Origin: Bacteroidota bacterium
GTDB taxonomy: Bacteria; Bacteroidota; Bacteroidia; Bacteroidales; VadinHA17
DNA: 64,000 nt
Assembly (NCBI GenBank): GCA_043800695.1
Contig: JAZDMU010000012.1
Location: 13,883-77,882, forward strand
Direction of reading: 5' to 3'
Shown one piece after another: positions 1 to 10,478 of the stretch. Positions within the stretch are counted from its first letter, which is position 1; each line of letters begins with the position of its first letter. The position numbers and the translations under genes are program-made. The notes under the pieces are model-generated. The model did no database searches and was not told the origin of the DNA. It saw nothing but the letters and a program-made list of their open reading frames with translations.

Positions 1-524
1 ATTTCTATGATGATTATGTGATCGAAAGAATTGCAGAAGTCATTAATGAAACAGGTGCTGATGCCGTTTACGGGGATGTTTTGTTCATTGATCCTCTAAT
101 TAAATCAAGGATAGCAAGATATTATTCCTCAAAACATTTTAAAACAAGCAGATTCAGATTTGGTTTTATGCCGGCTCACCCGGGATTCTATGTAAAACGT
201 GAATTTTTCGAAAAACTGGGATATTATAAGACAGATTATAAAATTGCCGCGGATTTTGAGTTAATGCTGCGTTTTTTGCTTTTAAACAATATAAGATGCA
301 GTTATATTGAAATGCCGCTGGTGGTAATGAGACCGGGGGGACTAAGCAATAAATCATTTCGCAGCAATATCATACTGAACAGGGAGATAGCAAGAGCATG
401 CAGGGAAAATGGGGTAAATACCAATTACCTGTTCATATATTCAAAATATTTTCTGAAGATCTTTGAATTATTTGGAAATAAAAGGTTACGTAAAACGAAA
501 AAGTTTACTGAAATATATGCCTGA
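1..524 (+). CDS. Glycosyltransferase family 2, C-terminal part (5' end upstream of window)
   Basis: The frame is open from nt 3 (FYDDYVIERIAEV...), so the GTG at 18 is only the ORF-caller start. The sequence has WcaA/GT2-like C-terminal character. It is the first gene of a same-strand polysaccharide cluster. Its stop overlaps the next start by 8 nt. Confidence 0.55.
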   Translation, partial: FYDDYVIERIAEVINETGADAVYGDVLFIDPLIKSRIARYYSSKHFKTSRFRFGFMPAHPGFYVKREFFEKLGYYKTDYKIAADFELMLRFLLLNNIRCSYIEMPLVVMRPGGLSNKSFRSNIILNREIARACRENGVNTNYLFIYSKYFLKIFELFGNKRLRKTKKFTEIYA

Positions 525-1407
525 GATACTCATTACCGGGGCTGATAGTTTTATAGGTAAAAGCTTCCGTAAATTTTCAAAATTCAGAAGAGTCGAAGAA
601 ATATCACTTATTGATAATAAACCTGGAGAGATTGAATATTCCGGTTATGAGGTGGTACTGCATCTCGCAGCTATAGTCCATGAGTCGAAAAGAATAAAAC
701 AGGATGATTATTTTAAAGTGAACAGGGATCTTACACTTGAAGTTGCTGAAAGGGCAAGGAAACAAGGTGTTAAGCATTTTATATTTATGAGCACCGTAAA
801 AGTGTACGGGAAATTTATCACGGGATCTGATCCATGGAATGAAGCTACCTTATGCAATCCGGATGAAGATTACGGCCGCAGCAAGTATGAAGCTGAACAG
901 GAATTATTAAAACTGCAAAGCATGGATTTTACAGTTTCAATAGTAAGAACTCCTATTGTTTACGGCGAAGGTGTACAAGCAAATATACTTAAACTCATAA
1001 GGTTGGTAGACAGAATTAAGATTCTCCCTTTTAAGGATGTCAGGAATTTAAGGTATTTTACCTATTCGGGAAACCTCATTGCCTGTATCGATCGGATAAT
1101 TGAAAAAAGGATACCGGGTATCTTTATTGCAATGGATGACATCGGATTATCAACGACTCAACTGGTTGAACTTATTTGTAATGCACTTGACAGGAAAGTG
1201 ATATTTTTCAAGCCTCCTCTGTTTCTCTTAAAAATATGGAGATGGATGACTCCTCATCTGTTCGTGAGTTTATATGGATCTTTAATACTGGATAATTCGG
1301 CAACAAGGGAGTTACTGGATTTTTCACCCCCCTATACTCCTTCAAATGGAATATCGAATACTATAGCAGCTTACAAGCAACAGGGTGAAAATGAAGAATA
1401 TCGTTGA
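517..1407 (+). CDS. NAD-dependent epimerase/dehydratase family (SDR) protein
   Basis: ATG at 517 gives MPEILITGADSFIGKS (Rossmann N-terminus). A YGRSK catalytic YxxxK motif is present. The upstream M at 463 lies inside the previous gene. Confidence 0.75.
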   Translation: MPEILITGADSFIGKSFRKFSKFRRVEEISLIDNKPGEIEYSGYEVVLHLAAIVHESKRIKQDDYFKVNRDLTLEVAERARKQGVKHFIFMSTVKVYGKFITGSDPWNEATLCNPDEDYGRSKYEAEQELLKLQSMDFTVSIVRTPIVYGEGVQANILKLIRLVDRIKILPFKDVRNLRYFTYSGNLIACIDRIIEKRIPGIFIAMDDIGLSTTQLVELICNALDRKVIFFKPPLFLLKIWRWMTPHLFVSLYGSLILDNSATRELLDFSPPYTPSNGISNTIAAYKQQGENEEYR

Positions 1408-1434
1408 ATATATTGTAATGTAAAACACAATCAA

Positions 1435-2427
1435 TTGAAATTCATTATAGTAATATTACTGCTCGGAGTCTTGTCATTCTTCATGACATTTCTGATAAGA
1501 AGGTTTGCCCTCAGAAAAGGATGGATTTCACTTCCGAATGAAAGAAGTCTGCATGATATACCGACACCGCATGGAGGGGGCGTCGCCATTGTTATTTCCT
1601 GGTATATCGGAATAACATTTTTATATTTTTCCGGCATAATCGAAAGAGAATTCTTTTTTGCCCTGTTATGCGGAATACTGCTCGCTGTTGTCAGCCTGGT
1701 GAATGATTATCTTAACATACGGCCATGGATTCGTCTTATTTTCCATTTTATTTCTGCAGTTGGAGCGTTTTATTTTCTTGGTGGGCTCCGTCCCCTTATA
1801 ATTCCCGGTATAAATATCAATTACCCCCTGTTAATATATCCTCTTGCTATTGTTGGTATGGTTTGGTTCATTAACCTGTTCAATTTTATGGATGGAGTGG
1901 ATGGTTTTGCCTCAGTACAGGCAATCATAATCTGTGCCGTTGCCTTCATTTTTACCTGGGACCTTAGTACTATACTGCTGATAGTCTGCATAACAGGATT
2001 CCTTTACTGGAACTGGCCCAAAGCAAAAATATTCATGGGAGATGTCGGAAGCACACAACTTGGTTTTATTCTTGTGGTATCGGGGATCTATTTTCATAAT
2101 ATAGTTGAATTCTCGATAATGAACTGGATAATGCTTGCCTCACCATTCTGGTTTGATGCCACCCTTACTCTTTTTCGCAGGATGATAAACAGGGAAAATC
2201 TTGGTGAAGCTCACCGGAAACATGCTTATCAGAGGATTGTCCGTGCCGGATTATCTCACGAAAAGGTCAATATTTTTCTCATAATTATCAACCTCGTAAA
2301 TATAGGCCTGATATCGGTTTACAGAGCAGAAAAACACCTTCAGATATCGCTGTTCATATTTACCCTTCTTTTCTACTATTTAATAACACTTTATGTAGAC
2401 AGGAAATTACCCTTTAATAAGGACTAA
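1435..2427 (+). CDS. Polyprenyl-phosphate sugar-1-phosphate transferase (MraY/WecA/WbpL family, initiating transferase)
   Basis: Polytopic membrane protein with the NLFNFMDGVDGFA motif typical of glycosyltransferase family 4 (MraY-like). It uses a TTG start; the next in-frame ATG would delete the first TM helix. Confidence 0.8.
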   Translation: MKFIIVILLLGVLSFFMTFLIRRFALRKGWISLPNERSLHDIPTPHGGGVAIVISWYIGITFLYFSGIIEREFFFALLCGILLAVVSLVNDYLNIRPWIRLIFHFISAVGAFYFLGGLRPLIIPGININYPLLIYPLAIVGMVWFINLFNFMDGVDGFASVQAIIICAVAFIFTWDLSTILLIVCITGFLYWNWPKAKIFMGDVGSTQLGFILVVSGIYFHNIVEFSIMNWIMLASPFWFDATLTLFRRMINRENLGEAHRKHAYQRIVRAGLSHEKVNIFLIIINLVNIGLISVYRAEKHLQISLFIFTLLFYYLITLYVDRKLPFNKD

Positions 2428-2444
2428 AGTATACGGAATCCGGG

Positions 2445-3815
2445 ATGAGCCTGATAAAAGATATCACAAAAGTATCCGCGGCAAATCTAATCAGTCTTTT
2501 TGCTGTAATAATAACAGGATTTATTGTACCTGCTTTTCTAAGCATTGAGCAGTATGCATATTTAAAGACATTTGCCCTGTTATTCTCATTTGTTGGTGTT
2601 CTGCATTTGGGATATACGGATGGGATCTATATCAAATATGGAGGTAAATATGAGGAGGAAATAGACAAGAAGATGTTCACAACTGAAAAACTGTTGTTCA
2701 TCTTCTTTCAATCATTCGTTGCAGTGATGATACTAGTTGCCGGGATCATTCTGAGAGAGCCCAGTGCAATAGCGGTCGCCGCAGCAATTCTTCCATATAA
2801 TATGCTCTCATACTACCAGTTTTTTTATCAGGCGGTCGGACAATTCAACATATATTCGGGGATCAGGCTCACGATCCCCTTTATTATTCTTGCATTTAAC
2901 ATACTTTTAATATATGTTTTCAGGGTATCAGATTATCTGTACTATATTGCCGGAGAAATACTGGCATATACTATAGTGGTGCTTTATCTTGAATTCAGGC
3001 ATTCCCCGAAAAGAGCAAGAATAAATTTTGAAGGATGTAAAGCAATGCTTTCTGATAATATAAAAGTCGGATTTTTTATCATGATCGGAAACCTCGCAAT
3101 GATACTATTCTCAACGATCGGGAGATGGGCTGTTAAGCTGTTCCTGGATGATGCTTCATTCGCTTATTTTTCATTCGCCTCGTCAATGATGCAGGTGTTA
3201 ACAATTCTTATTAGTGCGGTGGCAATGACCTTTTATCCATATTTATCAAGGCTGAACGAGGAAAAGAATAATTCACAGTTAAAGATCCGGCTTTTACTCA
3301 TGGGTGCCCTGTTAAGCTCATCCTACTTTGTTTTCAATTTTGCAGTCAGGTTGTTGATCCCTAAATACAACGCTTCACTTAATATACTTGGAATTATGTT
3401 TGCTTCTTTCCCTGCTTATGCTGTTATTAATGCATTGTACATCAATCTGTATAAAGTCAGCAAAGACGGAAAGAAATATATTCGGGTGATCCTGTTTAAT
3501 CTGGTGGTTGCTGCCTTCTTTACAACAGCCTCTTTGTTGATTGGAGGAAGCATTGTTTCAGTCTCTATTGCCATAACCCTTTCATATTATTTCTGGATGT
3601 ATTATTCATCAAAGGATTTTATGGGACTCAGGCCCTCCTTGCGGGAAATAATATTCGTTATACTCTATCTTATGATATTTTTTTCATCCATGCTGATCCA
3701 CAATGCAATCCTGGGAATATTTATTTTTCTTTCTTTGTTACTGGTATTGTCATTATTGTATAAGGAGGATATCGTTGAGCTGTTCATGAAGTTTCGCTCA
3801 TTGACAATTCGCTGA
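2445..3815 (+). CDS. Polysaccharide flippase (Wzx-like, MOP superfamily)
   Basis: 456-aa highly hydrophobic multi-TM protein inside a glycosyltransferase cluster. Its size and topology match O-unit flippases. Confidence 0.65.
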   Translation: MSLIKDITKVSAANLISLFAVIITGFIVPAFLSIEQYAYLKTFALLFSFVGVLHLGYTDGIYIKYGGKYEEEIDKKMFTTEKLLFIFFQSFVAVMILVAGIILREPSAIAVAAAILPYNMLSYYQFFYQAVGQFNIYSGIRLTIPFIILAFNILLIYVFRVSDYLYYIAGEILAYTIVVLYLEFRHSPKRARINFEGCKAMLSDNIKVGFFIMIGNLAMILFSTIGRWAVKLFLDDASFAYFSFASSMMQVLTILISAVAMTFYPYLSRLNEEKNNSQLKIRLLLMGALLSSSYFVFNFAVRLLIPKYNASLNILGIMFASFPAYAVINALYINLYKVSKDGKKYIRVILFNLVVAAFFTTASLLIGGSIVSVSIAITLSYYFWMYYSSKDFMGLRPSLREIIFVILYLMIFFSSMLIHNAILGIFIFLSLLLVLSLLYKEDIVELFMKFRSLTIR

Positions 3816-3825
3816 AAGGATATAT

Positions 3826-4725
3826 ATGGAACTGAAAAACCTGGGGCTGGTAATTCTGAACTATAATTCACATAAAATGGTACTGGAATGTATCAGAAGC
3901 ATTAACAGGTACTATGAAGGAGAATTTCAAATAGTAATCGTTGATAACAAATCATCTGATAACAGTTTTAACATTTTACATGAAGCATTTTCCGGTTTCA
4001 GAAATATCAGAGTCATCATGTCGGATCATAATGGTGGATATTCATATGGCAATAATTATGGTTTAAAGTACCTTATCAATAATTATCCGGAAATTAAATA
4101 TTTAGGTATAATTAATCCGGATGTCATGGTTCTTGATAATTTGATTTTCAAGAATCTTATTCAAAAACTTGATGAAGATGCTGATTTAGCAGGTATAGCT
4201 CCTCTAATGATTATAAATGATGCGATAAAACCAGAAAGGTGGGCGTTTAAGCTTCCGTCCTATATTGATAATTTTATCAGCTCCCTTATATGTTTGAAAT
4301 GGATCAATCCTTCTGTCTACAGGTCATTTAAGATTAACGAGGTTAATTTGGTATCTTATGTGGATACACTTCCTGGCAGTTTTATAATAATTAAGAAAGA
4401 CATATTTGAAAGGTTAAATCTGTTCGATGAAAGGACCTTCCTTTATGGAGAAGAAATTATCCTTGGAATAAAGATTAAGAAAGAAAAACTCAGATTGGGT
4501 TTATCTTTCAGGGATTATTATTTACATGCACACTCCAATTCAAAGGGGAATCTCAGAAATGACCTCCTTCATTTGAAATATAGCCTTCAATCACATATAT
4601 ACATTAATTCAAATTATTGCAGCAAATTCTGGGGGACGCTTAATATTGCGCTTTTAATTTTGTTTTTACCATATAAAATGTTAGAGTTATTAATTGTATA
4701 TTTCAATAATAAATTCAGGAGTTGA
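3826..4725 (+). CDS. Glycosyltransferase family 2
   Basis: N-terminus LVILNYNSHKMVLECIRSI...VIVDNKSSDNS is the GT2 signature. Confidence 0.75.
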   Translation: MELKNLGLVILNYNSHKMVLECIRSINRYYEGEFQIVIVDNKSSDNSFNILHEAFSGFRNIRVIMSDHNGGYSYGNNYGLKYLINNYPEIKYLGIINPDVMVLDNLIFKNLIQKLDEDADLAGIAPLMIINDAIKPERWAFKLPSYIDNFISSLICLKWINPSVYRSFKINEVNLVSYVDTLPGSFIIIKKDIFERLNLFDERTFLYGEEIILGIKIKKEKLRLGLSFRDYYLHAHSNSKGNLRNDLLHLKYSLQSHIYINSNYCSKFWGTLNIALLILFLPYKMLELLIVYFNNKFRS

Positions 4726-4929
4726 ACCTTGTAACAGGCAGGATATTAGAATAATGAATATAACCTGCAGTTGATATAATCATATTGATTTTAATGAATT
4801 GGCGGACCTGAACTCAAATGATGCCCTAAATTGTAGATTTCTGAAAAATTAATATTCTAAAAATGTAATGATCTGACAGGTTGACATTAGAAGGTATTTG
4901 ATAATACCATAATAATATCAGAAGATAAA

Positions 4930-5682
4930 ATGACTTTAGTACAATTATCTGAAACACTTAAAAAGTATATTCTGAAGGAGCAGTTCCGACCGACCATAGC
5001 TGGAATCTTCCTTAATCCGTTTTATTTTGGAAGACTCGCGATTTATAAAAACATAAAAAGGTATGCCGGAAAAATAAGAGGAGATACTATTGATATTGGT
5101 TGTGGTAGTAAACCTTATGAATCTTTGTTTGATACTACTAAGTATATTGGATTGGATATTGAAAAAACAGGACACAATCATAAAACATCAAAAATCGATA
5201 TTTTCTACAATGGTATCGATATACCTTTTAACTCAGGTTCTTTTGATTCAGCGGTCTGTTTTGAAGTATTACAGGTTATCTTTAACCCTGAACAATTCCT
5301 CAGAGAGATTGACAGAGTATTAAAACCAGGGGCTAATATAATATTTAGTGTTCCTTTTTTTTGGGATGAACATGAACAACCTAATGATTTCGCAAGGTAC
5401 ACTTCATTTGGACTGACACATCTGTTCAAAAATGCGGGTTATACAATAATAGAGGGTAGAAAATTTTTATGCGACATGAGATTACTTGCTCTATTGACAA
5501 ATAACTACATCTATAAGGTTGTGAAGAAATTAATCCCCTCACGTTTCTCTTTACTTATAATCCTTCCGCTAACATCAGTAATAAACCTTTTAGGTCACTT
5601 ACTATATTTTCTGCCAAGAAACCCGGATATGTATTTTGGAAATATTATTCTATTGCAAAAACCTGAGGTAAGAAATGGTTAA
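4930..5682 (+). CDS. Class I SAM-dependent methyltransferase
   Basis: DIGCGSKPYE (SAM motif I) and LKPGANIIFSVP (post-I/II motifs). Confidence 0.7.
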   Translation: MTLVQLSETLKKYILKEQFRPTIAGIFLNPFYFGRLAIYKNIKRYAGKIRGDTIDIGCGSKPYESLFDTTKYIGLDIEKTGHNHKTSKIDIFYNGIDIPFNSGSFDSAVCFEVLQVIFNPEQFLREIDRVLKPGANIIFSVPFFWDEHEQPNDFARYTSFGLTHLFKNAGYTIIEGRKFLCDMRLLALLTNNYIYKVVKKLIPSRFSLLIILPLTSVINLLGHLLYFLPRNPDMYFGNIILLQKPEVRNG

Positions 5683-6385
5683 TATCGCATTTTCATGGGA
5701 TGACGGGGCGCCCGAGGACCTGAAATTAATGAAATTGCTGGTGCGATATGAAATACCTGCAATGTTTTTTATTCCTGCATCAAACCCTGAACGAAAAACA
5801 ATGTCGAAAGAAGAGGTCAGAAGATTGTATAATGAAAGATTTGAAATAGGTTCGCATACCTTCTCGCACATATATCTTACAAAAGTTAGTTATGAAAAAG
5901 CTGAGGATGAAATAGTCAAAGGTAAAGAATACCTTGAACAAATAACTGGAATGCATATCCCACATTTTTGTCTTCCCGGTGGGCTGTACAACCCTGGACT
6001 TACGGAAATTTTAAGAAAATACTGTGTCTCAGCTCGCACTGCTGATACGGGGGCACTTAATTATATTAAGACTTTCCTTGTAAAACCTACATTTCATTTT
6101 TATAACAGGGGTGTCAGGTCATTGATCTATAACGGACTGAAAAATAAATCTGTAATTTTCGAGTTGTCATTAAAACATACCTTTACAATGAATTATTTTG
6201 ATGCTATCAATAAAATACTATCTGATCTCGGAAATATGGATAAGGACTTTAATGTGATTATTTGGGGACATAGCTGGGAATTGGAAAAACAAGGGTTATG
6301 GCAGCAGTTTGAACAATTGATACGCTTTCTCAAAGCAGCAGATAATATTACAGTCAAAGGGTATTCACAGATGCTGGAAATGTAA
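5675..6385 (+). CDS. Polysaccharide deacetylase (CE4-like)
   Basis: FSWDDGAPEDL and GSHTFSH motifs (the Asp and His metal ligands of the NodB fold). The start overlaps the methyltransferase stop by 8 nt. Confidence 0.7.
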   Translation: MVNIAFSWDDGAPEDLKLMKLLVRYEIPAMFFIPASNPERKTMSKEEVRRLYNERFEIGSHTFSHIYLTKVSYEKAEDEIVKGKEYLEQITGMHIPHFCLPGGLYNPGLTEILRKYCVSARTADTGALNYIKTFLVKPTFHFYNRGVRSLIYNGLKNKSVIFELSLKHTFTMNYFDAINKILSDLGNMDKDFNVIIWGHSWELEKQGLWQQFEQLIRFLKAADNITVKGYSQMLEM

Positions 6386-6424
6386 GAGTCAAATTTAAGA
6401 ATTCCAGCAGAACCGCTAAATTAT

Positions 6425-7483
6425 ATGAATAAAAAGGATCGCATATTGTTCTTTGGAGAACTGCCAGTCGATTCATTTCATGGCATATCTATTGCCAATC
6501 AAATCAACCTGAAGATGCTTGAATCAGTTTTCGATATTGACATTATCAACGAAGAAACAATACTAAAATCACATAACAAGGTATCACTTTCAAAAATCGG
6601 ATCGTTGTTAATCTGCCTCTTCATAATATCTTATAAATCGCTCATTCACCGTTATATATATTTTTACATGGTTTTTTCAACATCCTTTTTTGGTAGTATT
6701 AAGACATTGTTCGCGATTATTGCTTTTAGACTTTTTAATAGAGGGAAGGTAGTCCTGCATATTCACAGAGGTGACTTCTTTTCAAGATTTTATCTTTCAA
6801 AATATAAAAGACTACTGGCAGATGTTATATTTTATTTATCCAAAAAAAACATTGTTTTATCTGAAACCCAGAAGAATGAGTTTGAGAAACATTTTCACAA
6901 ATCCTTTTTTGTTCTCTCAAATACTATTGAGATCGAAATGGATTCTGCGCTGATACCGAGAACGAATATTAACTTCATTTTCATCTCCAACTACTTTGTT
7001 GATAAAGGAATTGTTGACCTCCTTATAGTATTTGAAAAGATAGTAAAGAAATATAAGCATGTGACCCTAAATACATATGGTGAATTTGCTGATAGAAAAT
7101 TAAGAACTACAGTTTATGGATTCAAATCAGCAAATATTGTCATCAATGGCCCGATAAAAGGGAAGGATAAGTTTGTAACTATGGCAAATTCAAGTGGCTT
7201 AATTCTGCCTTCCTGGAATGAGGGTCAGCCGCTGGTTCTGCTCGAAGCAATGTCAGTAGGCACACCCGTCATTGCATCAAAAGTAGGATTGATTCCAGAA
7301 ATCCTCGGTGAAGACTATCCATTCATGACAACACCAGCTGATCGCAATTCACTTGAAGCTGCTATACTAGAGTTTCTTAATTGTAAAAGTCTAGAATCAA
7401 TTTCAAATCAACTTAAATCAAGATACAATGCTGAATATTCTCAAAAGAGGCATTGTGAACAATTATTCAGAATATTTCTTTGA
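6425..7483 (+). CDS. Glycosyltransferase family 1 (GT4-type)
   Basis: C-terminal EGQPLVLLEAMSVGTPVIASKVG (E-x7-E type GT1 motif). Confidence 0.75.
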   Translation: MNKKDRILFFGELPVDSFHGISIANQINLKMLESVFDIDIINEETILKSHNKVSLSKIGSLLICLFIISYKSLIHRYIYFYMVFSTSFFGSIKTLFAIIAFRLFNRGKVVLHIHRGDFFSRFYLSKYKRLLADVIFYLSKKNIVLSETQKNEFEKHFHKSFFVLSNTIEIEMDSALIPRTNINFIFISNYFVDKGIVDLLIVFEKIVKKYKHVTLNTYGEFADRKLRTTVYGFKSANIVINGPIKGKDKFVTMANSSGLILPSWNEGQPLVLLEAMSVGTPVIASKVGLIPEILGEDYPFMTTPADRNSLEAAILEFLNCKSLESISNQLKSRYNAEYSQKRHCEQLFRIFL

Positions 7484-7815
7484 TTACTTATTTGAAGGTA
7501 GATAATGAAATATCTTCAGCATTTACAGTATGCCAGTACAAGTAAAACATACTGATCTGTCATCTTCGGATTGGGGAATGGGCTTAATGAACCTCTCTGG
7601 CAGATAATTCCTGGTGCTTTTCACTATTTTTATGTTATTGCAGGAAATAGTATTGTAAATGATCACTTATGTTGACGTACACTGTATCAACTTATTTTGG
7701 GGAAGCTGTGATTCGCTTTTACTCTTTCGTCATACTTGTTCAGGTTTCTGAAGTAATATTTAATCAGTATTAATAAAGGGAAAAATGTTTTAACAGGTTA
7801 ATTCATAAAGGAAGT

Positions 7816-9027
7816 ATGCGTATTGTTCTTATAAATCCCTGTTTTTCAGAGGGAATGGGTTATATCGAAAACTGTCTGCCTAAAGCACTTGCCTCATTAG
7901 GTCATGAGGTCTTTTTACTTACTTCCACAGGACAGGTTTATTTTAATCATCCTTTTTACAAGGCAACCTATAAGGAATTTCTTGGTGAATCAGTAGTTGA
8001 ACCTGTTGAGAAGCAAATTGATGGTTATGTTTTAAAACGTCTGTCATTCAGATTGATAGCAGGGAAAGTTTTACTTAAAGGGCTGATAAAAACTATCAGG
8101 CAGGTTGATCCTGATATTGTGCAAACTTTCGACCCATTTTCTTTAATCAATATCCAGGTAATATTGGCCAAACCATTCATGCATTATAAAATATTTACCG
8201 GAAATCATATAATGCAATCTGTCTTTCCATTGGCTCTGTCTCCCGGTAATAAATTAATTCTGAAACGTTTTTTATTTTATGTCACACGAACATTACCTGC
8301 AAAATTCTTTAATGTTTTTATAGAGAAATCCTTCCCCATAACTGTTGATGCGTGGACTATTTCTGAAAAGTATTATTCGATACCTGTTTCTAAAATGAGG
8401 ATCATCCCTCTGGGAATTGACACTCAGTTATTTCAGCCTCCATGGACAGAACAGCTACTGAAGAAGAAAGAGGATAAAAGGTCTGAATTCGGGATTAATA
8501 ATGACGAAATATTATGCATTTACACTGGCCGTTTCTCGGAGGGGAAGAATCCTTTATGTCTTGCACACGCAGTTGCCCTTCTCCGGAGCAAGGGGGAAAA
8601 ATATAAAGGCCTGTTTGTAGGACATGGGGTTCAGCTTGAGAAAATAAGGGAACTTGACGGATGTATTACATTACCATTCTTAAAGTTCAGCGATCTTGCT
8701 GACATCTATCTCATGGGAGATATAGGTGTTTGGCCAAGAGAAGAATCAACAAGCATGCTTGATGCTTCTGCTTCCGGACTTCCGCTTATCATCAGCAATA
8801 AAGTCCAGGCTACTGAACGTATTAACGATATAGGGTATACATATATTGAAAATGATGTCACTAGTATGAGTACCATTCTTTTAAAGCTCCGGTCTCAGGA
8901 AATCCGCAAAATATTGGGAAGAAAGGGAGTTGAAAGGATGGTCAGCCATTACAGCTGGATCAGAATGGCTGAACTCAGGATTGAAGAATATCATATCAGT
9001 GACAGGAAAAACCTGACGAACCAATAA
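7816..9027 (+). CDS. Glycosyltransferase family 1
   Basis: 403-aa GT-B-like protein with ESTSMLDASASGLPLIISN (GT1 C-terminal motif). It is preceded by a 332-nt non-coding gap. Confidence 0.7.
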   Translation: MRIVLINPCFSEGMGYIENCLPKALASLGHEVFLLTSTGQVYFNHPFYKATYKEFLGESVVEPVEKQIDGYVLKRLSFRLIAGKVLLKGLIKTIRQVDPDIVQTFDPFSLINIQVILAKPFMHYKIFTGNHIMQSVFPLALSPGNKLILKRFLFYVTRTLPAKFFNVFIEKSFPITVDAWTISEKYYSIPVSKMRIIPLGIDTQLFQPPWTEQLLKKKEDKRSEFGINNDEILCIYTGRFSEGKNPLCLAHAVALLRSKGEKYKGLFVGHGVQLEKIRELDGCITLPFLKFSDLADIYLMGDIGVWPREESTSMLDASASGLPLIISNKVQATERINDIGYTYIENDVTSMSTILLKLRSQEIRKILGRKGVERMVSHYSWIRMAELRIEEYHISDRKNLTNQ

Positions 9028-9171
9028 TCTCTGTCATCAGCAAAAAGATCCCTTCAAATATCAAACGTATTATTTCATCAATCTTCTACAGATGGCATGG
9101 TCATTGAAGCATTGAATAGCTTCAGATGGAAGTAATTCACAAAAGGAATTAAAAGTATCACTTAAAGAATA

Positions 9172-10425
9172 ATGACGTTAAAGGAAATAATTGATAAAAG
9201 ATATCTTACATTTCTGGCAGCATCCTCTGCTATCTTTATAATACCCATACATGTCTACTACCTGCCTCCTTTTATGATATTATGGGGTTTGTGCTGGGTA
9301 ATTGAGAATTATTCACGGTTTAGGCTGATGATGGATACCAGGAAAAAATACCTGCTCCTGTTCGTTTTTTTCATTTCTTACTATCTATGGCAGGCGGCAG
9401 GATTAATCTATTCTGAGGATATAAAAATGGGTTACCTTAATCTTTTCGGAAGACTGTCGCTAATTTTGTTTCCTCTGGTACTTTTTTATCCGGGTGAACG
9501 CATCAGGAAGAATACAGGGACCCTTCTCAGGTTATTTGCATCTGCTGCATTCATTTACATGGTTTATTGTTTTTTAAGGGCACTGTTCAGGTCAATCGTT
9601 ATAGATGACGGAGTATGGACTTTTGATCCTCACCCGCCTGAATTCTTCTGGCTCAGCTATTTCTATGCATCTCAGCTGACTCTGCCATTGCATCCGTCAT
9701 ATATATCCATTTATGTCCTGATGTCAGTGATGATATCCCTGGAATCCTGGTTTGATCATTCAATGAAGCATTCATTCAGGTACGTGTGGTTGATAATAGC
9801 TGTATTATTAGCCATCTCTATATTCTTCTTATCATCAAGAGCCGGGATAATCTGCAGTCTGATAATGATCCCTCTTTACCTGATGATCAAACTTAAAAAC
9901 ATGGGGAGATGGAGATTTGCATGGCTGGGTGTTACTCTCTTGTTGATCTCTTTATTGCCTCTTATCATAAAAAACCAGAGAGTAGCAAGCTTATTTAAAA
10001 AGTACTTTAATGAGAATACAAGGGAAGAACAACCAGATGAACCCCGCTTCACTGTTTGGAACCTGGCCTTAAAGATATCCCGGCAGAATCTTTTATTGGG
10101 AGTCGGAATAGGAGATGTGAGAAATGAACTGGTAAAGGAATATGAGAAGAATGACGAACAGGTAATGGCTGAAGAGAGGTATAATGTACACAATCAGTTC
10201 CTTGAGGTGCTTCTTGAGAATGGTCTCATAGGGGCAATCTTGTTCATCTCCATCTTTATTTGCATGATATATATAGCGGTGATTGATAGAAACATACTAT
10301 ATGGATCATTCATTTTTCTGATTATTTTTTATTCACTGTTTGAAACAATACTATACCGGCTTGCCGGTGTATCATTTTTCCCACTCTTTTCCTTTCTTCT
10401 TTTACATTACAAGAACGATAGGTAA
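9172..10425 (+). CDS. O-antigen polymerase/ligase family membrane protein (Wzy-like)
   Basis: Has at least 10 TM segments and a periplasmic loop carrying NVHNQFLEVLLENGLIG (Wzy_C/O-antigen ligase motif). Confidence 0.7.
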   Translation: MTLKEIIDKRYLTFLAASSAIFIIPIHVYYLPPFMILWGLCWVIENYSRFRLMMDTRKKYLLLFVFFISYYLWQAAGLIYSEDIKMGYLNLFGRLSLILFPLVLFYPGERIRKNTGTLLRLFASAAFIYMVYCFLRALFRSIVIDDGVWTFDPHPPEFFWLSYFYASQLTLPLHPSYISIYVLMSVMISLESWFDHSMKHSFRYVWLIIAVLLAISIFFLSSRAGIICSLIMIPLYLMIKLKNMGRWRFAWLGVTLLLISLLPLIIKNQRVASLFKKYFNENTREEQPDEPRFTVWNLALKISRQNLLLGVGIGDVRNELVKEYEKNDEQVMAEERYNVHNQFLEVLLENGLIGAILFISIFICMIYIAVIDRNILYGSFIFLIIFYSLFETILYRLAGVSFFPLFSFLLLHYKNDR

Positions 10426-10441
10426 TAACAGGTAATTTTTT

Positions 10442-10478
10442 AATTAAGAAAGAGAGCTCGTCGCTCTCTTTCTTAATT
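10442..10478. terminator. Bidirectional intrinsic terminator between convergent genes
   Basis: Perfect 16-bp inverted repeat AATTAAGAAAGAGAGC (10442-10457) / GCTCTCTTTCTTAATT (10463-10478) with a 5-nt loop. It is flanked by T/A runs and sits between the Wzy stop (10425) and the minus-strand stop (10479). Confidence 0.7.

Noticed and set aside
7484-7815. The 332-nt non-coding gap inside the polysaccharide operon, considered as a possible gene remnant or small RNA.
   Set aside because: I could find no extended reading frame, no convincing inverted or direct repeats and no promoter/terminator pair by eye. It is mentioned only as a mosaic-junction hint under the locus finding.
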